Of a stretch of DNA of 64,000 nt, positions 49,967-59,215 are shown piece after piece. The position numbers were made by a program, and so were the translations under genes. This DNA is from an uncultured delta proteobacterium (GTDB taxonomy: Bacteria > Myxococcota_A > UBA9160 > SZUA-336). The notes under the pieces were generated by a model, which saw only the letters and a list, made by a program, of their open reading frames with translations, searched no databases and was not told where the DNA came from. Positions within the stretch are counted from its first letter, which is position 1, and every line of letters starts with the position of its first letter. The stretch lies in the NCBI GenBank assembly GCA_963704165.1, contig CAVPHD010000005.1:160001-224000 (forward strand). The letters are read 5' to 3'.

Positions 49967-52900
49967 TTGGGTAGTGAGATTCGGCGAATAGCGATCCTGA
50001 ATCGCGGCGAGGCCGCGACTCGTGCGCTGCGTGCGATTCGCGAGCTCCGCGTCGAGGAAGGCAGCGACCTCGTCGGTATCGCGCTCTACACCGAGCCCGA
50101 CGCTTCCGCTCCGTTCGTTCGCGAGGCAGACGAATCGCTTTCGCTCGGCCCCGCGTTGCGCGCCGCCGGAAGCGGAGCCATGCGGCCGGCCTATCTCGAT
50201 CACGATCGAGTCCTCGCGGCGCTGCGCGCGACTCGCGCCGATGCGGTCTGGCCGGGCTGGGGATTCTTGGCCGAGGATCCGAGCTTCGTCGAGAAGCTCG
50301 AGGCCGCGGGGGTTCATTTTCTCGGACCGTCCTCGCAGACGATGCGCCGGCTCGGCGACAAGATCACGAGCAAGCGCATCGCCGAGGCCGCGCCGTGTTC
50401 CCGTGTCGCCGTGGAGCGGCGGAGCCGTGCAGCGACTCGAGCTGCCGGATCTCGCCAAGCGCATCGGTTTCCCCGTCATGCTGAAGGCGACCGCGGGCGG
50501 CGGCGGTCGCGGCATCCGGATGCTTCGCGAGGGCGACGACCTGTCCACCGCATTCGACAGCGCGCAATCCGAGGCTGCGAATGCCTTCGGCGACGGCACG
50601 CTCTTCGTCGAGAAGGCGATTTCGGGTGCGCGCCACGTCGAGGTGCAGATGGCGGCCGACCGCCACGGAACGGTGCTCGCGCTCGGACTGCGCGACTGCT
50701 CGGTGCAGCGCAAGCACCAGAAGGTGGTCGAAGAGGGACCGCCTCCGGGGCTCTCGCAGACGCTCATGCACCAGCTTCGCGAAGCGTCGATCCGCCTGCT
50801 TCGCGAGGCCGAATACCGAGGAGTGGCGACCTGCGAGTATCTCGTGATCGCGGCGGGCGGTGACGAGTCGTTCTACTTTCTCGAGGTCAATCCGCGTCTG
50901 CAGGTCGAGCACGGAGTCACCGAGCTTCTCACCGACTTCGATCTCGTGAAGGCGCAGATCCGCATCGCGCGCGGCGAACGCCTGCCCGACGACGCCCCCG
51001 GAGGAGAGCGGCTGCGCGATCGAGGTCCGGCTCTGCGCCGAGGATCCCGCGGCGTCGTTCGCACCGAGTCCCGGGCGGATCGCGCTTCTCGATCTGCCCG
51101 CTGGACCGGGCGTTCGCGTCGATGCGGGCATCGCTGCGGGCGGAACGATCCCGTCCGAGTTCGATTCGATGATCGCGAAGATCCTCGCGCGAGGCGCGAC
51201 GCGCGAAGAGGCGCGCGCGCGCCTGGTTCGCGCGGTCGCCGACGCACGCGTCGTCGTCGAGGGCGGGATGACGAACAAGGGATTCCTGCTCGACGTGCTC
51301 GAGCATCCCGAAGTTCCGAAGCGGCGGAGTCACCACCAACTGGCTCGACGGAACGAGCCTCGCTGCCGCACCCGAGCCGACGATCGAGGCGCTGATCGTG
51401 GCCGCGATCGAGACGTATCAGCTCGAGCGCGTGAAGGTGCGGGCGAATTTCTTCGCCGCTGCCGCGCCGCGGTCGGCCGCGCGAGATCCCGCCGTCGTCG
51501 GGAGCGGAGATCGATCTCGTCTACGCCGGCCAGACGTATCGACTTCGCGTGTTCGCGATCGGCGGCTGGGCGTACCGGGTTCATTCCGGAGACAGCGTCG
51601 CACAGGTCTCGCTGCTCGAGCGCGGCCCGTACTCGAGCCTGTTGGTGATCGGCGACCGCCGATCGCAAGTGCTCGTCTCGGGCTCCGAGGTCGAGATGCG
51701 GGTCGAGATCAACGGCCGGCTGCACCGCGTTCTTTGCGACGTCGGCGGAAAGGTTCGCGCGCCGTCGCCGGCGCTCCTGATCGAAGTCGCGGTGAAGCCG
51801 GGAGATCCCGTCGAGGTCGGCACGCGACTCGGGATCTTCGAGGCGATGAAGACGGAGACGGCGTTCTTCGCGCCGGTTGCCGGTGTCGTGCGCGAAGTTG
51901 CTCGTGCGCCCGGGCGAGCGCGTCTCCGCGGGCGACGTGATCCTGGTGATCGAGCCCGTCTCCGACGCCGTGACCGCGCCCCGAGCGTGCAGGTGCGCTC
52001 GAGCTTCCGGTCGAGGACGAGCCGCTCGAGCTGTTCTACACCGAGGACGGCGGCGCCGACTTCGAGCGCGCGAGCGCGGAGCCGGCGTCGGTGCGCGCGG
52101 CGGCGGTCGCGGCGCTGCGCGGTGAGATCCGCCGCGATCCTGATGGGCTACGACGTCAATCCGGAGCGCGCGGACCGGCTCGTCGAGATCCTCGAGGCAC
52201 CGGTCGCCAAGCTCTCCGACGCGCTGCGCGCGGATCTCGCGCAGCTCGCCGGCGCGGTCGAGATCTTCTCGGACGTCGAGACGCTCTTCTCGCGCTCGCC
52301 GACGCGGCTCGCCGGAGACGAGCTCGGACCGTCCAACGACGCGCGCATGGCGATGTACCTGCGGCGCATCGCCGTCCTCGGTGCGGGAATCGACCCGGCG
52401 TTCCTGGAACTGTTGAAGAAGGCGCTCTCCCACTACGGGATCAACTCGCTCGCCCACTCCGACACGCTCGAGCGCGCGGTGCTCCGTCTCTACGCGACGC
52501 GCACCACGCTGGCGCTGCGCAGCCGCCTGATCGGCGCGCTCCTGCACCTGTTGATCGGGCTCGGCGAACGGGGCGAGATGTTCGCCCGACGGCCCGAGCT
52601 CGCGCTCGCGCTCGACGCGCTCTCGCTCCTGCGCGGGACGGTGGCGCCGAGCGTCGCGGACCTGGGCGCACAGGCGAGATTCCTGCTCTACGACCGACCG
52701 CGACACGCCGAGACCGAGGCGCGGCCGAAGCCGCGCTGCAGATCTCGGGTTCACCAGCGTCGATGCGCCCGATCCGTCGGTCCTGAAACGGATCGCGGAG
52801 TCGGTCGACATGGACGTCGCGGATGCGCGTCGCCTCGAACTCTGGCGGCTCGAGCTCTTCGAGCTCACCCGTCTCGACGCTTCCGGCTGGAGCGGGATCG

Positions 52901-55069
52901 ATGCCTTCTACGGCGTCTCGCGCGACGACTATCGCGACGAGCGCATCATCTGTTTCGCCGAGGTCGATGACGTCGGCCCCGCAGCGCCGCACGCACCGGA
53001 CCTCGCGCTCTTCGAGGAGCGCTTCCACGAGGCGATCGAGGCGATGCGGTCGATCCAGGGACAACGCGATCCGGAGCATCGGCTCCAGTGGAACCGGCTC
53101 TATCTGTTCGTGCGTCAACCGATCGCACTCACGAATCAGCTCCTCACCGAAGCGCTGCGCAGACTCGCTCCCGAGACCGGTCACCTCGGGCTCGAGAAGG
53201 TCATCGTCCGAATCGCGAATCACATCGGAGATGCGCCGAGCTCGGCACCCCGCCTGATCGAGCTACTCGCTGGGAATCCGACCGGGAGTCGCATCGAGTG
53301 GACCATCCGCGATTCCACACGATCGTCCGCTCGAACCCGCGACGCCGTACGCGCAGCGAGTCGCATCGGCGCGCGCTCGCGGGCTGACCTATCCGTACGA
53401 GGTCGTGCGTTTGTTCACCGCTCCACCGGAAGGCGCCAGGCGAGGGGGTGGGTTCGCCGACGGGTGCGGGAAGCTTCCAGGAGCACGACCTCGTCGGTGG
53501 CCGTGCAGAGTCCGTGACGCGACCGCCCGGTTTGAACCGCGCGGGTGTCGTGTTCGGCGTCGTGTCCACACCCACGCGCAAGCACCCGGAGGGCATGCGT
53601 CGTGTGCTCATCGCGGGTGACGCGACGCGCGACATGGGTGCACTGACGGCGGACGAGTGCGATCGGATCGTCGCGGCGCTGGATCTGGCGGAGCGGGAAC
53701 GCCTGCCGGTGGAGTGGGTGGCGGTCTCGGCCGGCGCGCGAATCGCGATGGACAGCGGCACGGAGAACCTCGATGCCACGGCGCGAGTCGTGCGGCGCCT
53801 GGTCACGTTCACCGACGCGGGCGGCGAGGTGAATCTGGTGCTGCCGGGAATCAACGTCGGTGCGCAGAGCTACTTCGACGCGCTCGCGACCATGGAGATG
53901 CGCTCGCGCGGAATCCTGATCATGCTCGCGAACGCATCGATGGTGCTCACCGGCCGTGCGGCGCTCGAGTTCTCGGGCGGCGTCGCGGCGGAGGACGAGA
54001 TCGGCGATCGGCGGGTACGAGCGAATCATGGGGCCGAACGGCGAGGCGTCACACCAGGCGCGCGACCTCGCCGACGCCTATTCGATCCTGCTCGAGCACT
54101 ACGCGTGCAGCTACGTCGTACCGGGCGAGACGGCCCCGCGGCGGCTCGACACCGTCCGATCCGATCGATCGCGACATCTCGCTCTCGCCCTACGAGGGCG
54201 ACGAGGGCTTCACGACCATCGGGGAGGTCTTCTCGGCCGAGGCGAATCCCGGGCGCAAGCGCCCGTTCGCGATGCGACCGCTGATGCGCGCGGTGATCGA
54301 CGACGACGCCGGCTGGCTGGAGCGCGGCCGTGACTGGTCCGCTGCCGAGACGGCGATCATCTGGGACGCACACCTCGGCGGCTGGCCGGTGACCCTGATC
54401 GGGATCGAGAGCCGCCAGATACCGCGCATCGGCTACGTGCCGAACGATGGACCGGATGTCTGGACGGCGGCGACGCTCTTTCCGCAGTCCTCGAAGAAGG
54501 TCGCGCGCGCGATCAACTCGGCCAGCGGAAATCGCCCGGTCGTGATCCTCGCGAACCTCTCCGGATTCGACGGATCGCCGGAATCGATGCGCCGCGGCGT
54601 ACTCGAGTACGGCGCCGAGATCGCGCGCGCCATCGTGCGGTTCCGCGGCCGGATCATCTTTACCGTCGTGACCCGCTATCACGGCGGCGCGTACGTCGTG
54701 TTCTCCCGCGAGCTCAACGACTCGATTCGTGCGATTGCGCTCGAGGGTAGCTACGCATCGGTGATCGGCGGGCCCGCCGCCGCGGCGGTCGTCTTCGCGC
54801 GCGACGTGCGCAGGCGAACTCAAGTAGATCCGCGCGTCTCGAGCGCGCGGAGCGCCGTCGACTCGGCGACGGATCCGGCGATTCGTCTCGCGCGCCGCGC
54901 GCGACACGACCAGATCGTCGAGGACGTGATTCTCGAAAAGCAGGCCGAGGTGGCGGCCGAGTTCGACGCGATCCACACGGTCGAGCGCGCGAAGAACGTC
55001 GGCTCGATCGAGGAGATCCTCGGACCGCGCCAGCTGCGACGATCGCTGATCCGCTACCTGTCCGACTAG
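49967..55069 (+). CDS. Single-chain multidomain acyl-CoA carboxylase (BC-BCCP-central-CT), about 10 or more frameshifts
   Basis: ILNRGE, WPGWGFLAED, KATAGGGGRG, RDCSVQRKHQK, FLEVNPRLQVEH (BC); EAMKTE (biotin Lys); SAGARIAMDSG, ANLSGFDGSPESM, RYHGGAYVV (CT), distributed over successive frames. Confidence 0.85.
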
Positions 55070-55476
55070 CTCCGACCGAGGTGCTCGAGCTCGGTGCCGT
55101 CACGCAGAACGCGGTAGTAGCACTGGCGCCGGGCGCTTCCCGTCGCGTCCTTCGTATGGCAGACCCCCGCGCGTGGACGGACGCGGTAGAGCAGCGAGTT
55201 CTGCTCGCAGTTGACGCGAACGTCCACCAGATCGAGCCAGTCTCCCGACGTCGCGCCCTTGTGCCAGAGCTCGTTGCGCGAGGTGGACCAGAGCACGGCC
55301 TGACGCAGTCGGAGCGTCTCTCGGAGCGCGAGCTCGTTCGCGTAGCCGATGAAGAGCACTTCATCGGAGTCGGCGTGCTGCAAGACGACCGGCAACACGT
55401 CCTGTCCGGTCTCGGCGACCTTCCGCAGCTTCGCGAAGTCGAGCTTCGCACGCGTTCCCTCTTCGAGCTCATTCAT
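55066..55476 (-). CDS. hisI: Phosphoribosyl-AMP cyclohydrolase
   Basis: WSTSRNELWHKGATSG, NCEQNSL, VCHT..CYYR. Confidence 0.9.
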   Translation of the reverse strand: MNELEEGTRAKLDFAKLRKVAETGQDVLPVVLQHADSDEVLFIGYANELALRETLRLRQAVLWSTSRNELWHKGATSGDWLDLVDVRVNCEQNSLLYRVRPRAGVCHTKDATGSARRQCYYRVLRDGTELEHLGRS

Positions 55477-55508
55477 GGGATCGGGAGAGTACGCTACGCT
55501 CGCCTCCC

Positions 55509-55838
55509 GTGCGAACAGCAGAAGCAGTCATCGCAGTCCTCGGAATCCTCGGTCTGGCCTGTCAGCCGTCAGGGGAGAAGAGCCCGATCGAGGTCGGCCG
55601 GCGCGCCTACGTCGCGAACTGCACCGCCTGTCACGCGCCCGACCCGTCCAGGGAGGGAACGCTCGGGCCCGCGATCGCGGGGAGCTCGCTCGCGCTCGTC
55701 GAGGCCCGCGTGCTGCGCGCCGAGTATCCGCCGGGCTACACGCCCAAACGAGACTCGAACCTGATGCCGGCTCAGCCGTTCCTGAAGCGCGAGATCCCGA
55801 ACCTCGTCGCCTATCTCGAGTCGATCGCGCCGAAGTGA
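55509..55838 (+). CDS. Monoheme cytochrome c lipoprotein
   Basis: Lipobox LGLA-C, CTACH, GP, distal LMP. Confidence 0.85.
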   Translation: MRTAEAVIAVLGILGLACQPSGEKSPIEVGRRAYVANCTACHAPDPSREGTLGPAIAGSSLALVEARVLRAEYPPGYTPKRDSNLMPAQPFLKREIPNLVAYLESIAPK

Positions 55839-55845
55839 GCGAGCT

Positions 55846-56544
55846 CTAGAGCAGAAGCTCCGCTGCGGCGTAGAGAGCGACGGTGAGGCCGAGTCCAGCG
55901 TGGATCGTGCCGGAGACGCTCCCGAGCGGCTTCTGCGTCGCGGCCGTGCCCTTGAAGATGTTCGCTTGGAAGAGGATCACGAGGATCGTCATGACGGCGA
56001 AGTAGAGGCCGTACTTGGGCGTTTCGGCGTTGACGACCGTGAGGTGCCGGGCCGCGCCCATGAAGAAGAGCATCGGGATCGAGAAGAGCGTGTTCGTGCG
56101 CGAGGCTCGGCCGGCGATCGGCGCCTGCTTGGCGGCCTCCGGGTTCGCTTGACCGCCCGCCGCGACGGCTTCTGCGGAGGCGATCGCGAGCCGTTGCCGC
56201 GGCATGATCACGAACCAGACGTTGAACCACATGAACGTGCCCATCGTGCCGCCGGTCAGGATCATCGTGTAGTAGGGCATCGATCCGGTGCCGGTCATCA
56301 TGTGCATGATCACGATCGTCCAGCCCGTCAGGAACGTGAACATCGCGCCCCAGCGGAACCACCACAGCGCGTTCGGAACCAGACCGCGCATCATCGCGCT
56401 GCGTGCCTGTCCGCCGAGATCGGTCCCGAAGTACGGGGTCTGGATGAAGTTGAAGTAGTAGAGAACACCGATCCAGGTGATGCCCGCCAGGAAGTGCAGC
56501 CAGCGCAGCAGGAAGAAACAGCCCTCGAGCGTGAATAGCGACAT
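55846..56544 (-). CDS. Membrane protein of the urate hydroxylase PuuD N-terminal family (no cytochrome domain)
   Basis: LRWLHFLAGITWIGVLYYFNF, ALWWFRWGAMFT, GTFMWFNVWFVIMPRQ, ASRTNTLFSIPMLFFM. Confidence 0.78.
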   Translation of the reverse strand: MSLFTLEGCFFLLRWLHFLAGITWIGVLYYFNFIQTPYFGTDLGGQARSAMMRGLVPNALWWFRWGAMFTFLTGWTIVIMHMMTGTGSMPYYTMILTGGTMGTFMWFNVWFVIMPRQRLAIASAEAVAAGGQANPEAAKQAPIAGRASRTNTLFSIPMLFFMGAARHLTVVNAETPKYGLYFAVMTILVILFQANIFKGTAATQKPLGSVSGTIHAGLGLTVALYAAAELLL

Positions 56545-56684
56545 GGCTCTCGCTCCCTCTTGGTTGGTCTCGACCCGCGCGTATTCGAACGAAGCGCCGG
56601 GGCCTTGTCAACCAATTTTGCCGATGGTGAGTCGGCTCGCCTTCGGCCGGATCATCATCGACGCCCGGATTCCTCGCTGACTCG

Positions 56685-56978
56685 TCAGCGTCCGCGGTGC
56701 TTGTCGGAGAAGGGAAACGCTCGCTGCCGATCGGCCTCGTCACCTGCATTCAGCCAATCGGGTGTTCGCGCCGCGAACATCCTTCGTGTCGGCACGTAGA
56801 CGTCGCCGACCGGCTCCGCCGCGTACTCGGGCTTGCACCCGCACGAGCAGCGGTCGCTCCCGGCGCAGGCCCCACAGCAGAACCAGGCCTCGTCCTTCCG
56901 GGTCGAGGCGTAGCCGAGGGCGCAGCCGCAGTGCGTACACGTTCCGCTCACGGGTGCTTGATGTCCGATGTCGCTCAT
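56685..56978 (-). CDS. Small Cys-rich, bacterial metallothionein-like protein with C-terminal tail
   Basis: CTHCGC..KDEAWFCCGAC..CSCGC (9 Cys in 35 aa); AGGAG RBS upstream. Confidence 0.6.
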   Translation of the reverse strand: MSDIGHQAPVSGTCTHCGCALGYASTRKDEAWFCCGACAGSDRCSCGCKPEYAAEPVGDVYVPTRRMFAARTPDWLNAGDEADRQRAFPFSDKHRGR

Positions 56979-57000
56979 CGCGCTCCTACTCTCTCCTATC

Positions 57001-57020
57001 GATCGGGAAAATTCCCGATC
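57001..57020. promoter_or_regulatory. Perfect 9-2-9 inverted repeat, candidate operator
   Basis: gatcgggaa-aa-ttcccgatc between the divergent Cys-rich and pduO genes. Confidence 0.6.
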
Positions 57021-57118
57021 TCCACAAGTGGGGCGGGGCCGGGCCGACGTGTTCCCGGGTCCCCGCCGGAGGACCTTCGACCCGCCCGTCGAGGACGAGT
57101 GAAGTAGAATCGAGCCCG

Positions 57119-57682
57119 ATGAAGATCTACACGAAGGGCGGGGATACCGGGCAGACCTCCCTGTTTGGCGGGGAACGGGTCAGCAAGAGCGCTCCACGCG
57201 TTCGTGCGTACGGCGAGGTCGACGAGCTGAACTCGGTGCTCGGCGTCGCCGCGACCGAGATCGCACACGACGACCTGATGGCGATGCTGCGCGTGATCCA
57301 GTCGTCGCTTTTCGATCTCGGCGGCGAGCTGGCCACGCGCGCCGGCGATGCGAAGGGGGAGCGAGGCCGCGGGGCGGCACGCGTCAGCGATCGCGACGTA
57401 GCCGAACTCGAGGGCTGGATCGACGCGCTCGAAGCCGAGCTCGAGCCGCTGCGGAACTTCATCCTGCCCGGAGGCATCAAGGGCGCGGCACTGCTTCATC
57501 TGGCGCGGACGGTCTGTCGTAGGGCGGAGCGCGAGCTGATCGCGCTTCGCGAAGTCGAAGACATCGATGCGGTACTCGTTCGATACCTGAATCGCCTCTC
57601 GGATCTGATCTTCGTGATGGCGCGCGCGATGAACCGGCGAGCCGACGTCGCGGAGCCGCAGTGGATCGGACGCGAGCGTTGA
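57119..57682 (+). CDS. pduO: ATP:cob(I)alamin adenosyltransferase (PduO type)
   Basis: MKIYTKGGDTGQTSLFGGERVSK, AYGEVDELNS, LFDLG, FILPGG, RTVCRRAER, YLNRLSD. Confidence 0.95.
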   Translation: MKIYTKGGDTGQTSLFGGERVSKSAPRVRAYGEVDELNSVLGVAATEIAHDDLMAMLRVIQSSLFDLGGELATRAGDAKGERGRGAARVSDRDVAELEGWIDALEAELEPLRNFILPGGIKGAALLHLARTVCRRAERELIALREVEDIDAVLVRYLNRLSDLIFVMARAMNRRADVAEPQWIGRER

Positions 57683-58281
57683 CCGAGGTGGAGTACGCGA
57701 AGCTGCTCGTCTCGATCGGTGCGGTCGAGCTCCGGACCGATCCGGCGACGTGGTTCACCTGGGCTTCCGGTGAGCGGGCACCCATCTACTGCGACAATCG
57801 GATCGTGATGTCCCATCCGTCGGTGCGCAAGCAGATCGCCGATGGTCTCAGCTCCGCGATCCGCCGCACCCATCCCGATGCCGAGGTGATCGCGGGTACG
57901 GCCACGGCCGGCATTCCGCACGCGGCCTGGGTCGCCGAGCGACTCGACCTGCCGATGGTCTACGTCCGCGGTAGCGCGAAGGAGCACGGCAAGGGGAAGC
58001 GCGTCGAAGGGAAGGCGCTTCGCGGCGAGCGCGTGGTGCTGATCGAGGATCTGGTTTCGTTCGGCGGCAGCGCGCTGGCGGCGGTCGAGGCGCTGGAGGA
58101 CGAAGGCGGGAAAGTGGTCGGGGTGCAGGCGATCTTCAGCTACGGATTTCCGAAGGCGGCGGAGCGCTTCGCGTCGGCCGGAAAGCCCGTGCATTCGCTG
58201 ACCGGATACGACGCGCTGCTCCAGACGATGACACTCGACGAGGTCACGAAGCGAGCGCTGCTCGCTTGGCGAGCGCGCTGA
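57679..58281 (+). CDS. pyrE: Orotate phosphoribosyltransferase
   Basis: FTWASG..APIYCDNR, GTATAGIP, YVR..KEHG, LIEDLVSFGGS. Confidence 0.93.
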   Translation: MTEVEYAKLLVSIGAVELRTDPATWFTWASGERAPIYCDNRIVMSHPSVRKQIADGLSSAIRRTHPDAEVIAGTATAGIPHAAWVAERLDLPMVYVRGSAKEHGKGKRVEGKALRGERVVLIEDLVSFGGSALAAVEALEDEGGKVVGVQAIFSYGFPKAAERFASAGKPVHSLTGYDALLQTMTLDEVTKRALLAWRAR

Positions 58282-59215
58282 AGCCGTCGAGCGCCGAGCC
58301 CGGACTCGCGACGACGAGCGCCTCGGCGGCCGCTCTTCCGCCGACGCGCTCGAGCCCGAAGCTCCCGTAGCGGCGCACGAAGAGCTCGAGCGCCCAGGCG
58401 AGACGCGCGCGGGCGCGGCGTGTCTCGAGCTCGCCGTGCAGGAGATGCGCGCGGTGGCTCGCAATCGCGGCGGCGACCTCGCCGATTCCGACTCCCGTCT
58501 GACTGCTCGCGCCGATCACGGGCGGCCGCCAGGCGCCAGGCGCGAGCGTCGAGAGACCGAGCCAGCTCTCGAGGTCCGCGCGCGTTCGCGTGGCCTGCGT
58601 GCCGAGATCCCACTTGTGGACCACGAACACGTCGGGAATCTCGAGGATGCCCGCCTTCATGAACTGAAGGGTGTCGCCAGAGCCGGGCTGCAAGACGAGG
58701 ACGACCGTCTCCGCGACGGTCTCGACGTCGATCTCGCTCTGCCCGACGCCGACCGTTTCGACGAGCACCGTCCCGAAGGCCGCGCGAAGCACGACGACGG
58801 CGGCGCGTGTCGCCGGCGCGAGACCGCCGAGCTGGTCACGCGCGGCCATCGAACGGACGAAGACGCGCTCGTCCGGACGAAATCGCAGACGTGCGCGATC
58901 GCCGAGCAGGGCTCCGCCGGATCGACGGCTCGTCGGGTCGACCGCGACCATGCCCACGCCCTCTCCGCGGGCCAACCACTCGCCGATCAGCGCGCCGGCG
59001 AGCGTCGACTTGCCCGCGCCCGGCGGGCCGGTCAGCCCGACGACGGCGTGCGCGCGTGGTGTCTCGAGATCGAGTCGGCCGATGAGCGTGCGAATGGTTT
59101 CGAGTGACTCGGGGCGCGTATCCTCGACGCGCTCGAGCGCGGAGGCAATCGCTGCAGCGTCCCCCGAGCGCACGTCGCGCACGAGCGCGTCGAGGTTCGC
59201 GTCAGCCGACGCCAT
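58244..59215 (-). CDS. meaB: MeaB/ArgK GTPase chaperone of B12 mutases
   Basis: GLTGPPGAGKST, VDPTS..SGGALLGDR, RSMA, ETVGVGQSE, GDTLQFMKAGILE. Confidence 0.93.
   Translation of the reverse strand: MASADANLDALVRDVRSGDAAAIASALERVEDTRPESLETIRTLIGRLDLETPRAHAVVGLTGPPGAGKSTLAGALIGEWLARGEGVGMVAVDPTSRRSGGALLGDRARLRFRPDERVFVRSMAARDQLGGLAPATRAAVVVLRAAFGTVLVETVGVGQSEIDVETVAETVVLVLQPGSGDTLQFMKAGILEIPDVFVVHKWDLGTQATRTRADLESWLGLSTLAPGAWRPPVIGASSQTGVGIGEVAAAIASHRAHLLHGELETRRARARLAWALELFVRRYGSFGLERVGGRAAAEALVVASPGSALDGFSALAKRAALAS

Noticed and set aside
56979..57118. Cobalamin riboswitch upstream of pduO
   Set aside because: No B12-box or core riboswitch motifs are visible, and pduO has a -10 box 8 nt before its ATG, leaving no leader.
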